Shown in pieces: positions 37,735 to 54,000 of a stretch of DNA of 64,000 bases (its first letter is position 1; each line of letters opens with the position of its first letter). The position numbers and the translations under genes were made by a program. The stretch spans positions 82,336,001-82,400,000 of the forward strand of contig OZ024744.1 in assembly GCA_964016885.1 (NCBI GenBank). Direction: 5' to 3'. The DNA is from Eledone cirrhosa (lineage: Eukaryota). A model generated the notes under the pieces. It was not told the origin of the DNA. It searched no databases and saw nothing but the letters and a program-made list of their open reading frames with translations.

Positions 37735-38766
37735 ACAGACAGACAACAGGATTACCTATGGGATCCAGCCTATCGGGCCTGCTGGCCATCACCTACATGA
37801 ACCAGCTAGAATACCGAGCTCTCAACACCTGCCATTCCCATGCCTTCTTCACCCGATATGTAGATGACATACTCATCCTTACATCATCCCGTGAGTAGGC
37901 AGATAAAATATACACAACATTCTCCAGCATGGACGCCAGTATAAAGTTCAGCATGGAACACCCCGATGACCGCGGATCCCTATCCCTACTGGACTTCCAA
38001 CTCAGGGTAACAGAGGAAGGCAACATCCACACCTGCTTCTTTAAAAAAGCCGCCAGCAGGGACCTGTTCGTACATTTCAGATCGGCCCTCCCACTCGGTG
38101 CCAAGTTCGGATACATAAGGAACGAACTGGCACGTATCCGGAACAAATGCACCGACGCTAGAAACCGAGACACACACACCACACATTTCCTGGAAGTACT
38201 CAAACTGAACGGATACACGACATCCACCACAAACCGTGCCAGAAAAAAACAGAGGACACCACACCCGAGGCACTATCACTTGCTTCCTGAAGCTCTCACA
38301 CTTCAGTGAAGAAACAACAACAGCCATGAGCAGAGCCATCAGACGAGAGGGACTGGATATCCAACTGGCCCACTCGGGTCCCTCTCTGCGCGGACGGCTG
38401 GCTATGAGACACTCCACCAGACATGACAACTGCTGCAGACTAGCCAACTGCCCCATCAACGACACAGACCTATGCCACCAGGCTTACGTCGTATACAGTC
38501 TAGAGTGTGACAAATGCAACAACTTCTACGTAGGTAGCACCACCACACCACTCCACATAAGAATAAAAGAACACCTCAATACTAACGCTTCCTCATTTAA
38601 GAAACACCTAGTTAAATGCAAAAACATCGACAAAACTATAACAGTTAGGATAGAAACTAAGGAAAGAAACCTCGGCAATCTTAGAATTAAGGAAGCACTA
38701 ATTATAGATAAAACACAACCACCAATCAATAATAGACTAGAACTCAACACCCAATTTATAATCTGA
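37735..38766 (+). pseudogene. PLE RT C-terminal half + GIY-YIG endonuclease
   Basis: Hand translation YRQTTGLPMGSSLSGLLAITYM..RYVDDILIL, then LSLLDFQL, VVYSLECDKCNNFYVGSTTTPLHIRIKEH; one stop and one frameshift. Confidence 0.92.
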
Positions 38767-39157
38767 TAGGGCTTCTAGCCCCATATTTACACACACGCAC
38801 GCGCACACACACACGCTTACACCTCCACTTATTCTCTCTCACACATACACACACAAAACCAGTTCTAACACCAGATAACACCTGTTCCCCACATTTACGA
38901 ATAGACTTATCTCTCACACTCACACACACACACTCACATACTTACACCTTCATGCATTCTCCCACACACTTATACAGGCATGTATATAAAATAAAAAAAA
39001 TAAAAAAAACCCTAAACAAACCCCTTTTAAAGGGAGACTACTCTTTATCCACCTAATTTTAACTCTTTGACATTAGAGATAGAACAGATACTCTATACTA
39101 TTTCCTGTCAGCATGGCTTGGCAAGATATTTAGAACGCTGGTTTGAGACCTTTATTT

Positions 39158-39195
39158 CCCTCTGAAGAAGAGATATTATCTCGAAAATTAAGGAC
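39158..39195 (+). ncRNA. Minimal hammerhead ribozyme motif in pLTR
   Basis: CCCT-CTGAAGA-A-GAGATA t TATCTC-GAAAATTA-AGG. Confidence 0.65.
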
Positions 39196-39543
39196 ATTTA
39201 AATAAATCTAAGGCAAAGGACGAATTGTCAACAATATCTTTTACAATTGCATTCTTTTTTCTATGTCCATACCTGCATTGTTTTGGCTTTATTACACATA
39301 TTCAAACGTTTATACCTCATTACACAATGTTTCAAGTGAAATATAACCTCCTCCATATATATATATATATATATATACAGTCCTAGAGTAACCAATCTTA
39401 AAGAGAGATATGGAAATAGGATAGGAGATAGGAGAGGAGAGATTGGTGAATTAGTTAGAAGCCAAAGCGTAATATGTGCAATATGCAGCGGAAAGCAGCT
39501 AGGTGGCTGGGTTCATGCAGAAGTTAGGTACGCACAGCTGGAA

Positions 39544-40047
39544 ATATTCATTAGTTAAGCAAAACAAGACCACAAATTTCACAAAGAAGACATTATTAAA
39601 AGATTGTCAACATATTTTAGTTTGATGTAAGGAATGTAGAGAATAATTATAATAATATTAATAATAATTGTTTCTAATGTCCGTTTACAATTGTTTCGCT
39701 ACTCCATATAATATTTCAGGATCAAATGACTATATATCATTATTGATCTGGTTCAGTTGAAAATAATTAACATATTTTAATTTATATTCCTTTGAAGTTC
39801 CGATGAGCCGCTCTGTATTTAAATATGTAAATTATTTTCAACTGAACCAGCTCAATAATGATATATAGTCATTTGATCCAGAAATATTATATGGAGTAGC
39901 GAAACCATTGTAAACGGACATTATTATTATTAATATTATTATTATTATTCTTTACATTCCGTACATCAAACTAACATATGTTGACAATCTTTTAATAATA
40001 TCTTCTTTGTGAAATTTGTGGTCTTGTTTTGCTTAACTAATGAATAT
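39544..40047. mobile_element. Fold-back pLTR-like element (~237-bp arms) with long-stem-II HHR-like motif
   Basis: Inverted arms 39544-39781 / 39816-40047; CCGATGA-GCCGCTCTGTAT..ATATGGAGTAGC-GAAAC on + strand. Confidence 0.75.
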
Positions 40048-40053
40048 ATATAA

Positions 40054-40082
<29 letters not shown>

Positions 40083-40084
<2 letters not shown>

Positions 40085-40222
40085 GGAACGAGTAGGACCC
40101 CGACAGCTGAGCTCAAGCCGTTTCGACGACTAATTCTGGACTCTACTACCCACTCTACTACCCTAAGTATTGAGTACTTTGGTGCGTTATGATCCATCTG
40201 GTTCCTTACAACATTTCCTTCG

Positions 40223-40224
<2 letters not shown>
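40083..40224 (+). mobile_element. Fold-back HHR-half family, copy D (direct arm deleted)
   Basis: Inverted arm joined directly to tail. Confidence 0.8.
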
Positions 40225-40287
<63 letters not shown>

Positions 40288-40289
40288 GG

Positions 40290-40540
40290 AGGTGAGTTTT
40301 ATTGTAGTACAATAAATATGGTCCTTGAAAGACAAAAATATTAAATATAACATCTCTTGGAAAAAGGTTTCTTCTGCTTCTTCATACTTGAACAGTTCTC
40401 TATCCAAGACTTGCAAGCTCTGTTTAAATGAAAAATTTACCATTATATCTAATTTAGATTCTATAATAAATAGACGCACTGACTTGTTTTCTCTCTGCTT
40501 GCATAAATTCCACAGAACATTCCATAAAGTATACAGCTAA
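40290..40540 (+). pseudogene. C-terminal fragment of PLE GIY-YIG endonuclease
   Basis: LKDKNIKYNISWKKVSSASSY..CKLCLNEKFTII..INRRTDLFSLCLH, homologous to 3984-4442 C-terminus. Confidence 0.75.
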
Positions 40541-41003
40541 TATCTAATACTTTATCAATTTAAAATCCTTTTCTCAAAGGCACACATATATATATATACA
40601 TTTTTAAAAATATACCCATCTTTCTACCTTATTTCAAAGTTATTTATTATACATTATATAATACTAGTTACTCATTCTATATCACTCCTATTTATCACTT
40701 CCCTTTCTTCCTTTTCCTTTTCTTTTCTTTTTCTTTTAATTTCTAACCCCTAATCTGTACCTTTTCTCATTATGCCTAACATAGAAACAATTATTACACA
40801 GTACAATATATTCTTACTTTATATCACCTTGAAAAAATCCTTCGTAAACATATACATTTTTTTTTTTACGTTAGATCATTCATCCTCAATTCATTATTTT
40901 TTTCTCCCTTTCATGCTCATCTAACTTATTCATTCTATCTTCTACTTCTTTCACAATATATCCTTAATTACATTACTATTGCTATATTTTTACATTTTTT
41001 AAT

Positions 41004-41170
41004 AATACATATCAACATTTCTTCCATCGCACATATTATTAAACCCTTAAATATTATTCTTAATACATATTAACAATTTCTTGCCATCGCACATATTATT
41101 AAACCCTTAAATATTATTCTTAATACATATTAACAATTTCTTTTCATCGCACATATTATTAAACCCTTCA
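41004..41170. repeat. 60-bp tandem repeat x ~3
   Basis: taatacatattaacaatttctt..catcgcacatattattaaaccctt repeated. Confidence 0.9.
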
Positions 41171-41628
41171 ATATACAAACCTTAACTTAACATTATTTTT
41201 CTCTTCGTTAATTTTCAAATTCTTTTAATTTATATATTATCTTCCAACGGTTTTTCAACCTCTCTATGTAAAACAATATATTTTTCTCAGTTATAAAAGC
41301 TATCTCTCTCTCTCTATCACCCATCTCTCCTCCTATCTCATCCTTCCTCATTATACTCCTCCCCCTCCACTTTTTACTCTCATCTCCTCCTCTTTTTCAT
41401 CCTTTCCACACCCACCCCCCTCAAATTTTTTTTTCCCAATATCACACATCAATCTAAAACCACTTCTCATATGTTGATTTAAAACTGCACTATTCACAAT
41501 TGTTTTTTAACCTCCATATCATGTCTTCCTATTTTATCTGATGTAAACTCAAATGTTATTGCATAATGATATTTGTTTTTGAAATGCGCATAATAAAATA
41601 CATGGAACTCTTTTAACCATATTTTGAT

Positions 41629-42153
<525 letters not shown>

Positions 42154-42579
42154 TGTGTGTCTATGTGTGTAAAGGTGTGTGTGTGTGCATGTGTATGCAT
42201 ATGTGTGTAGGCACGTATGCCTGTTTCTCTATATCTTTGATTGTCTGTACCTCTATTAGTAACTTTTTCTTTAGGCTAGCACTAATAGGTCTTCGTTACC
42301 AACTTACCAACATTTTTTGTCATATGGCAAAACCAACAACTACTACAGCTACATTCGTAACACACACACATATACAAATACACACACATGCTCATACACA
42401 CTCATAGATGTAAGTATACAGAATGTAACATATAGTAACCTATAGTAACATATACATTCATGTGAAAACAAGGTCATAGACGCACAAAAACGTACTCTCG
42501 CATCTCCTCTCCACAAACATATTTACACAAATCTAAAAATGTAGACATCTACAGAAATGCATACACACCAAAATAGGCA

Positions 42580-42605
42580 TGTACACACACACACACACAC
42601 GCACG

Positions 42606-42644
<39 letters not shown>

Positions 42645-42907
42645 ACATATATGTACACGCACTCACTGATAAACACATATGTTCACTGACACACGCATTC
42701 ACGAATAGACAGACATAATAACAGAAATACGCACACATGCACATGGTTACACACACACACACACGCACTCACAAAAAGACACACACACACACACATACAC
42801 ACACATATATGTACACGCACTCACTGATAAACACATATGTTCACTGACACACGCATTCACGAATAGACACACGTAACAACAGAAATACGCACACATGCAC
42901 ACGGATA

Positions 42908-42940
<33 letters not shown>
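42580..42940. repeat. (CA)n-rich ~180-bp tandem duplication
   Basis: gtacacgcactcactgataaacacatatgttcactgac.. at ~42653 and ~42811. Confidence 0.8.
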
Positions 42941-42944
<4 letters not shown>

Positions 42945-43096
42945 ATACACACATACGCACACACATACGTATATGGAAAACACACAGATAAACACACACA
43001 TACATGACGATGCACATACACGGACAAAAGAGCGGATAAGTACACAAACCTACTTGGATAAACAAATGGTGAGTTATACACATACATAGACAAATT

Positions 43097-46000
43097 TCTG
43101 TTTATTTGCCACGAGGGCACAAAAGAAAGGGACATGTACATGGGGGGGTGGGGGGGTTTACATATAAATTGAGTAAGAAAAATGTAATAAATAAAATTGT
43201 AACAACAAGGTCCTCAATAGGGAGGGTCACACACACCCCCGAAAAAAATGTGCGACCCTTCTCCACGGGAGCACAAAGAGAGGGTGCTCCCTTCTTCCTT
43301 TTCCACCTACAGGCTGAGATAGAGAGAAGGCCCATTCACACGGGCCATTCTCGAAACTTTCACCCACCTTTCATAAAACTGGATGGAGTGGAGCACCTCT
43401 CTCTCCACCCTGATCCTTCTTCCGAAATGGTATCGGAAGAAAAGGACCAGTTGTTGGCCGGAAAGAAAGGTGTCCGACCTCAGCTTTTAGACGCGTCCAC
43501 CATATAACCTCTTTTACCATGGCTATTACACAGAGGAAGACCGCCTCTCCTTCATTTTTGAAGGAGGGAGGCGGCTGATCGTTACAATGGACTCGGTGGT
43601 CAACCTAATTGGTCCCACCCGTGACAGCAGTTGTTCGACATAGCCCCACAGATCGGTAACGCCCGGGCAGTGTACCAATGCGTGCGCGACGGTTTCCTCG
43701 TCGCGCACGCATCTGAGACAGATCTTTTTCGAGGGGTCCCTACCCGGGCGCCCGTGTCTGTAGAGCTTATCCCGAACAGTCAGAGCCCCTCGGTAGCACT
43801 GCCAGGCCAAGGACTTCTGGAAGTTGTCCATAGGTCCCGGGCCGAAAGTCCTACCGAATAGGCTGGCCAGTTCGTCTTCCTCCATGCCTAGGGTTTCTCC
43901 GAGGGCGACGTCGCACCTCCTAACCACCAGCCCTCTATAGAATGACGTGGTGGAGTCTCCACCGATAGCTGGTCCCGCCTGCCAGAGAGCCGTGAGCGTA
44001 TGGGCACACTCGGTGTGCCAGTCGCCCAGTTTTCTCGGTCTGCTTCACCCAGCACTGCACCTCGGTGAGCGAGACGAGCCTCGGGAAGGCTCGCCTCACA
44101 AACGGGGCCCACACCGGTTGACCGGTGAGGAATACGTGGAGGTGCCGTAGCCTCAATACGTGTTTACGCATTTTTAGCCACGGCATCCCCAGCCCTCCTT
44201 TCAAAGGGTGTTGACAGCAGATGGATCTCCTCACCAGGGGAGACCCCCTCTTCCAAAGGAAGTGAAAGAGAGCGCGCTCCATTTTGGCGAGGATCTCACC
44301 CGGGCAAGGCACGACAGTCAAACGGTAATAGATGACGGACGCTATGTAAGCGTTCGCCACCTCCGCCCGACCTTTCAGGGATAGTTTGCACTCGGCCCAC
44401 TTCTGGGTCAGTGCAAACACCTTATTCGTCACCTCACCCCAGTTTATCTCCACCTGGAGGTCCGGTCCGAATCATACCCAAGCAATTTCACCGGGCCCTC
44501 CGTCCACCGTCGGACGACATCGGTTTGCCCCTCCACTCGCCGAGTTACAAAGCGACTGACTTGTCTCGGTTCAGCTTACCCCCTGTCAGCCTTTCGTACT
44601 CCTCCAGTAAGGTGCCGATTGCCTCGATTTCCCCGGTGGTCGACACCATTACTGTTACGTCATCGGCGTAGGCCGACACTGCTTTGCGCAATTCCGGTTC
44701 CAAAGGGATTCCCTGCAACAACTCCAACTTTCGCAGTAGTGGCTCGAGAGCCAATACATACAGAAGGGAGGAGAGAGGGCACCCCTGTCGGATGGAGCGG
44801 GTGATTTCGAACGGCTCCGAGAGGTAGCCGTTCACCTTGACTCTAGAGCAGATGCGGCTGCTGTGCATGGCAGTGATCCAGCCCCTGAAAACGGGTCCGA
44901 AACCAGCCGCCGCTAGCACCGCATCCAGGTAACCACGGTCCACCCTATCGAACGCTTTAGACTGATCTAAATTTATCAGGGCTCCACCAAAGCCGGGTTC
45001 GTTCCCAACCCTCTCTATGATGTATCGCATGAGGTGGAGGTTGTCGTGGATGGACCTGGACGCGATAGCGAATGTCTGCGCATTGCCCACCAGGCCCCCC
45101 ATGACAAGCGCCAACCTCTTCGCTAACACCTTATCTATCGGCCAGGTCAAATCGGCCGATTAACCCCTTGAGGTTGTTACACCCCCCTCTATCGGGACAT
45201 GCCCCTACATAGTCCCAACGTGCATCTAGGATACCATTCCAGTCCCCCACTAAAAGCAAGGAGCGGGACGTCGCTAGAAAAGTCTCCAGACGATGGAAGA
45301 AGTCCGACCGCATTGCCCCAAAAGGGGCGTAAACGGCGGCAAGCCTAAAAGCTTCGCCTTCACCACTGCCATGGTCAAAGAACCACGAGTCGACCCTCCG
45401 GGTCCAAGTGTACCGTCTGTGTAGCGAGACCCAGATGTTTTTGCAGCAGAACGACAACCCCACCCATGCCTCCGGGCTGACAGAGAGATGCGTGCATCTC
45501 AAAGTCATCAAAGGTGGGGGCTAGTTGTCGCACGCTGCTGATCCGGGCCTCGCAAATAACTATCACATTTATACATCGTGACCTGGGGTCATTTAGAAGT
45601 TTAGCTTGTTTCCAAGGTGAGCCCAGGCCACGCGCATTTAGACAACCTACTCTTAACACAGCCATATTGGTGGCAAAGAAAGAGGCACTTACCTCTCTGC
45701 GTCCCGGGGTCCGGGCTGTTCAGTTTCCATGGGGGTGGTGGAGGGGTTGTTGGGTGGAGTGGTGGTTTGTGGTGGTGTGGGGGGTATTAGTGTGTGGAGG
45801 GGTTGGGGTGTTTGGAATTGTGTGGGTGTTTGAGGAGGGGAGGGGAAAACCTTTCAGGAGGACGCGGTTGAGTGGCGTGGTGCATAGTGGCCCCACGTCC
45901 TCAGGGTATATGTTTTTCAATGTTTTGAAAATGTCAAGTGGGACTTTCACCATTTTCAGGTTAGGGAGTCCCATTGCCATTACAAAATTCGGCCCTTCGG

Positions 46001-47638
46001 TTTGTACCGAAGGGTTGTTGTTCATTTTTTCTGTTAGGTTTTTATTGTTTTTGTTTATGTATGTGTAGAGTTTTTGTGTTGTTGTATTTGTTTTTGCTTG
46101 TTGTTATTGAGTGAGCTTGCGTTTTGTTGTCTGTGTTGTGTTGTCAGGTGGGGTTATTTTTGTTTGTGAGGTGTGTGTACGTTTTTCCTTTTGACTTTTT
46201 GGAAGGGAGCCCCCTTGTCTTCCGAGGATATGAGCTCCTCTTCCGTATTGGAGGGGAGGGGTATATTGCCAGGTTGTGTTTGCACTGCGCGTGTTTTTGT
46301 ATTTGTGTTCTGTGGGGAGGGGTTGGGTGGGACCGTATTTTGGGTTGTTTTCTTGAGCTGTTGTTGTTGTGGTGGTGGTGCTGGAGGTGGTGCTGTTGGT
46401 TTTTGTTGTCGTTGTGGTGGTGATGGTAGTGTATTTTGTTGTTTTTGTGGTGGTGGTGCTGGTTGTTTTTGTTGTTGTTGTGGTGTTTGTAGCAGTGGTT
46501 TTTTTGTTGTTAGTAGAGGGCAGGCAGTCCTCAGGTGACCTCTGCCAGCGCAGTGGTAACATAAGGGATCCTGCCTTCCACCGTAATATTAATAAAGGTT
46601 CAACCATCCAGCAGGACTCGGTCGGGTATTCCGGCGATTCTCTCAGGTGTCATCTGTAAGAGAACCCCCAGACTTTTCCCCCCGAACAGTCCACTGGTGG
46701 ACTCCACTGCTGATATTAGGATGTCCTTTTCTAGGTCCGTGAAAACTGTCAGGACGGACCAGATGTTTACTTCTGGCGTTGAGCTCCACATTCTTAGTCT
46801 TTGAGTTCTTCTTCCTTTATATGTGGGGAAGAAGGTGTATTGTGGTGACACTATAGGTGCCACCGAGCATTTTTGAGCCAGCATTTCGTCCTTCATTCGG
46901 ACCATAATGCTGGCATACAGCTTTCCTCTTTCAATAAAGAGTATGTCTTTTTTTATGTTATTCAGAACCAGCTCAATTTGACTTTCTGTCAATTGAGCTG
47001 GCTTTCTTGTTGCGTTGGATATAGTCCTGAAGGTTATGGTATTCCTATATACCTGTTGACGAACTTCTTCTGGGGAGTTGATCGTAAAAGAACCATCCTC
47101 CCCCAAAGATACGTATTTTCTGCATTTAGCAAGTTCTGCTTAGCGTTTGTAATGTCTATGGGCTTGTACTCGATAGCTTTCCTGACCGTTTGGGCAAAAG
47201 AAACTTTGTTGTCTTTGTTGCTTTCGCTTCGTTCATTGTTGCTTGTTGTTGCAATGTTGTTGGTTTCATCTTTTGTGGTATATTTTTCCTTGTTATTTTT
47301 TACAAAATTTAGGTTTTCACTCGTATTAACAGTTTTTTTTCCATTCGAGAGGTGGGGTTGTTCAACAATTTGAATTGTTGTTCCCTCTTTCTCGCTTTTT
47401 TTGGTAGGCGTGGCGTTAGCTTCCAATATGGCTTCCTCGTTTTCAACGATATCGATAAACATTTTGAATTAAATATTTTTTCACCCCAAAAGGGGCGAAA
47501 ATATATTTACCCTACGTCTACAGTCCCAGACTAGGGGTTAGAGTCAACAATAGTAAAACAATTTAAATAATACACTCACAAATAATCAAGTAATGATTCA
47601 AAATCGAAGAGCCGATGTGTAAGACGTCTACTACCAAC
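43097..47638 (-). mobile_element. Divergent L1/Tx1 LINE, near full length with large deletion between EN and RT
   Basis: ORF1 pieces 47462-45690; EN MAVLRVGCLNARGLG; junction near 45133; LDQSKAFDRV, QGCPLS, YADD, CLRC..HALVHC; 3' CCCTCGTGGCAAATAAA; 5' boundary inferred. Confidence 0.9.
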
Positions 47639-47640
47639 GA

Positions 47641-47900
47641 TAGACAGATAGACAGACAGGTAGACAGATAGACGGGCTGACAGACAAACAGATAGAGAGA
47701 TAGACGGACTGACAGACAGAAAGACAGATAGATAGACAGATAGACAGACAGATAGACAGACAGATAGACAGATAGACAGATAGACAGATAGACAGATAGA
47801 CAGATAGACAGACAGATAGACAGACAGATAGACAGATAGACAGATAGACAGACATATAGACAGACAGATAGACTGACAGACATACAGACAGAGAGACATA
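47641..47900. repeat. (GACA/GATA)n tetranucleotide repeat
   Basis: Direct inspection. Confidence 0.95.
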
Positions 47901-48010
47901 CATCCACATTCAGAAAGAGACATATACATCACAGACAAAGAGAGAAAGGAGTAGAAGATAAGCACACACAGCCCAGTGTTTCACTCTCCTTACATCTAGA
48001 GCCATCTTGT

Positions 48011-51000
48011 ATGACAGTCACAACCACCACCATCATCATAACCACCACCAGCACCACCATTATCATCACAACCAACACCACCACCACCATCACTGACCCC
48101 ACCATCATTGCCATCACAACCAACACCAACACCACCATCACTGACACCACCATCATTGCTACCACCACCACCACCACCACCATCACTGACACCACCATCA
48201 TTGCTACCACCACCACCACCACCACCATCACTGACCCCACAATCATTGCCATCACAACCAACACCAACACCAACACCACCACCACCATCACTGACACGAC
48301 CATCATTGCCATCACAATCAACACCAACACCAACACCACCACCACCATCACTGACACGACCATCATTGCCATCACAACCAACACCACCACCACCAACACC
48401 ACCACCACCATCACTGACACCACCATCATTGCCATCACAACCAACACAACCACAACCAACACCACCACCACCATCACTGACACCACCATCATTGCCATCA
48501 CAACCAACACCACCACCACCATCACTAACCTCACCATCATTGCCATCACAACCAACACCACCACAACCAACACCACCACCACCACCACCACCACCACCAT
48601 CATTGCCATCACAACCAACACCACCACAACCAACACCACCACCACCATCACTGACGTCACCATCATTGCCATCACAACCAACACCACCACCACCACCACC
48701 ACCATCATCATTGCCATCACAACCAACACCACCACAACCAACACCACCACCACCATCACTGACCCCACCACCATTATCATCACAACCAACACCACCACCA
48801 CCATCACTGACCCCACCATCATTGCCATCACAACCAACACCAACACCACTATCACTGACACCACCATCATTGCTACCACCACCACCACCACCACCATCAC
48901 TGACCCCACCATCATTGCCATCACAACCAACACCAACACCAACACCACCACCACCATCACTGACCCCACCACCATTATTATCACAACCAACACCACCACC
49001 ACCATCACTGACCCCACCATCATTGCCATCACTACCAACACCAACACCACCATCACTGACACCACCATCATTGCTACCACCACCACCACCACCACCATCA
49101 CTGACACCACCATCATTGCTACCACCACCACCACCACCACCATCACTGACCCCACCATCATTGCCATCACAACCAACACCAACACCAACACCACCAACAC
49201 CATCACTGACACGACCATCATTGCCATCACAACCAACACCACCACCAACACCACCACCACCATCACTGACCCCACCATCATTGCCATCACAACCAACACA
49301 ACCACAACCAACACCACCACCACCATCACTGACCCCACCATCATTGCCATCACAACCAACACCAACACCAACACCACCACCACCATCACTGACACCACCA
49401 TCATTGCCATCACAACCAACACCACCACCAACACCACCACCACCATCACTGACACCACCATCATTGCCATCACAACCAACACAACCACAACCAACACCAC
49501 CACCACCACCATCATTGCCATCACAACCAACACCACCACAACCAACACCACTGACACCACCATCATTGCCATCACAACCAACACCACCACAACCAACACC
49601 ACCACCACCATAACTGACACCACCATCATTGCCATAACAACCAACACCACCAACACCACCACCACCATCACTGACCCCACCATCATTGCCATCACAACCA
49701 ACACCACCACAACCACCACCACCACCACCACCACCATCACTGACCCCACCATCATTGCCATCACAACCAACACCACCAACACCACCACCACCATCACTGA
49801 CCCCACCATCATTGCCATCACATCCAACACCACCAACACCACCACCACCATCACTAACCCCACCATCATTGCCATCACAACTAACACCACCACCACCATC
49901 ACTGACACCACCATCATTGCCATCACAACCAACACCACCACAACCAGCACCACCACAATCATCACTGACACCACCATCAATGCCATCACAACCAACACCA
50001 CCACCACCATTATTTCCATCACAACCAACACCACCACCAACAAAACCACCACCATCACTGACACCACAATCATTGCCATCACAACCAACACCACCACAAC
50101 CAACACCACCACCACCATCACTGACCTCACCATTATTGCCATCACAACCAACACCATCACAACCAACACCACCACCACCACCACAACCACCATCATTGCC
50201 ATCACAACCAACACCACCACAACCAACACCACCACCACCATCACTGACCTCACCATCATTGCCACCACAACCAACACCACCACCACCACCACCACCACCA
50301 CCACCATCATCATTGCCATCACAACCAACACCACCACAACCAACACCACCACCACCATCACTGCCACCACCATCATTGCCATCACAACCAACACCACCAC
50401 CACGAACACCACCACCACCATCACTGACACCACCATCATTGCCATCACAACCAACACAACCACAACCAACACCACCACCACCATCACTGACACCACCATC
50501 ATTGCCATCACAACCAACACCACCACCACCATCACTAACCTCACCATCATTGCCATCACAACCAACACCACCACCACCAACACCACCACCACCACCACCA
50601 CCACCACCATCATTGCCATCACAACCAACACCACCACAACCAACACCACCACCACCATCACTGACGTCACCATCATTGCCACCACAACCAACACCACCAC
50701 CACCACCACCACCATCATCATTGCCATCACAACCAACACCAACACCACTATCACTGACACCACCATCATTGCTACCACCACCACCACCACCACCATCACT
50801 GACCCCACCATCATTGCCATCACAACCAACACCAACACCAACACCACCACCACCATCACTGACCCCACCATCATTGCCATCACAACCAACACCAACACCA
50901 CTATCACTGACACCACCATCATTGCTACCACCACCACCACCACCACCATCACTGACCCCACCATCATTGCCATCACAACCAACACCAACACCAACACCAC

Positions 51001-54000
51001 CACCAACATCACTGACCCCACCATCATTGCCATCACAACCAACACCACCACAACCACCACCACCACCACCACCATCACTGACCCCACCATCATTGCCATC
51101 ACAACCAACACCACCAACACCACCACCACCATCACTGACCCCACCATCATTGCCATCACAACCAACACCACCAACACCACCACCACCATCACTAACCCCA
51201 CCATCATTGCCATCACAACTAACACCACCACCACCATCACTGACACCACCATCATTGCCATCACAACCAACACCACCACAACCAGCACCACCACAATCAT
51301 CACTGACACCACCATCAATGCCATCACAACCAACACCACCACCACCATTATTTCCATCACAACCAACACCACCACCAACAAAACCACCACCATCACTGAC
51401 ACCACAATCATTGCCATCACAACCAACACCACCACAACCAACACCACCACCACCATCACTGACCTCACCATTATTGCCATCACAACCAACACCACCACAA
51501 CCAACACCACCACCACCACCACAACCACCATCATTGCCATCACAACCAACACCACCACAACCAACACCACCACCACCATCACTGACCTCACCATCATTGC
51601 CACCACAACCAACACCACCACCACCACCACCACCACCACCACCATCATCATTGCCATCACAACCAACACCACCACAACCAACACCACCACCACCATCACT
51701 GCCACCACCATCATTGCCATCACAAACAACACCACCACAACCAACACCACCACCACCATCACTGACACCACCAACATTGCCATCACAACCAACACCACCA
51801 CCACCAACACCACCACCACCACCATCACTGACACCACCATCATTGCCATCACAACCAACACCACCACCACCATCACTGACCTCACCATCATTGCCATCAC
51901 AACCAACACCACTACAACCAACACCACCACCACCACCATCACTGACCTCACCATCATTGCCATCACAACCAATGCCACCACCACCACCACCAGATCACTG
52001 ACCCCACCATCATTGCCATCACAACCACCACAACCAACACCACCACCACCACCATCACTGACCCCACCATCATTGCCATCACAACCACTACAACCAACAC
52101 CACCACCACCACCATCACTGACACCACCATCATTGCCATCACAACCAACACCACCACAACCAACACCACCACCACCACCATCACTGACACCACAATCATT
52201 GCCATCACAACCAACACCACCACCACCAACACCACCACCACCATCACTGACACCACCATCATTGCCATCACAACCAACACCACCACCACCACCATCGCTG
52301 ACACCAGCATCATTGCCATCACAACCAACACCACCACCACAACATCACTGACACCACCATCATTGCCATCACAACCACCACAACCACCACCACCATCACT
52401 GACACCACCATCATTGCCATCACAACCAACACCACCACCACCACCACTGACCCCACCATCCTTGCCATCACAACCAACACCACCATAAACAACACCACCA
52501 CCATCACTGAGACCACCATCATTGCCATCACAACCAACACCACCACCACCATCACTGACCCACCATCATTACCATCACAACAAACACCACCACAACCAAC
52601 ACCACCCCCACCCCCACCCCCATCACTGACACCACCATTATTGCCATCACAACCAACACCACCACAACCAACACCACCACCACCATCACTGACACCACCA
52701 TCATTGCCATCACAACCAACACCACCATAACCAACACCACCACCACCATCACTGACACCACCATCATTGCCATCACAACCAACACCATCACAACCAACAC
52801 CACCACAACCACCACCACCACCACCATGACTGACCCCACCATCATTCCCACCACAACCAACACCACCACAACCAACACCACCACAACCAACACCAGCCCC
52901 ACCATCACTGACACCACCATCATTGCCATCACAAGCAACACCACCACAACCAACACCACCACCACCATCACTGACCCCACCATCATTGCCATCACAACCA
53001 ACACCACCACAACCACCACCACCACCACCATCACTGACCCCACCATCATTGCCATCACAACCAACACCACCAACACCACCACCACAATCACTGACCCCAC
53101 CGTCATTGCCATCACAACCAACACCACCACAACCAACACCACCCCAACCAACACCACCAACACCATCACTGACACCATCATTATTGCCATCACAACCAAC
53201 ACCACCACCATCATTGACACCACCATCATTGCCATCACAACCAACACCACCAACACCACCACCACCATCACTGACACCACCATCATTGCCATCACAACCA
53301 ACACCACCACCACCACCACCATCACTGACACCACCATCATTGCCATCACAACCAACACCATCACAACCAACACCACCACCACCATCACTGACACCACCAT
53401 CATTGCCATCACAACCAACACCATCACAACCAACACCACCACCACCATCACTGACACCACCATCATTGCCATCACAACCAAGACCACCACCACCACCATC
53501 ACTGACCTCACCATCATTGCCATCACAACCAACACCACCACCAGCATCACTGACCCCACCATCATTGCCATCACAACCAACACCACCACCACCATCACTG
53601 ACATCACCATCATTGCCACCACTATTATTGCCATCACAACCAACACCACCACAACCAACACCACCAACACCACCACCATCATCAATGACACCACCATCAT
53701 TGCCATCACAACCAACACCACCACCACCATCACTGACATCACCATCATTGCCACCACTATTATTGCCATCACAACCAACACCACCACAACCAACACCACC
53801 AACACCACCACCATCATCAATGACACCACCATCATTGCCATCACAACCAACACCACCACCACCATCACTGACACCACCACCATCACTGCCACCACCATTA
53901 TTGCCATCACAACCAACACAACCACAACCAACACCACCACCACCATCACTGACACCACCATCATTGCCATAACAACCAACACCACCACAACCACCACCAC

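Larger units (their letters stand above)
36605..39354 (+). mobile_element. 5'-truncated Penelope-like element with ~1.1-kb inverted upstream copy
   Basis: 36605-37722 is the reverse complement of ~38190-39313; tail 39314-39354; (TA)n flanks. Confidence 0.95.
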
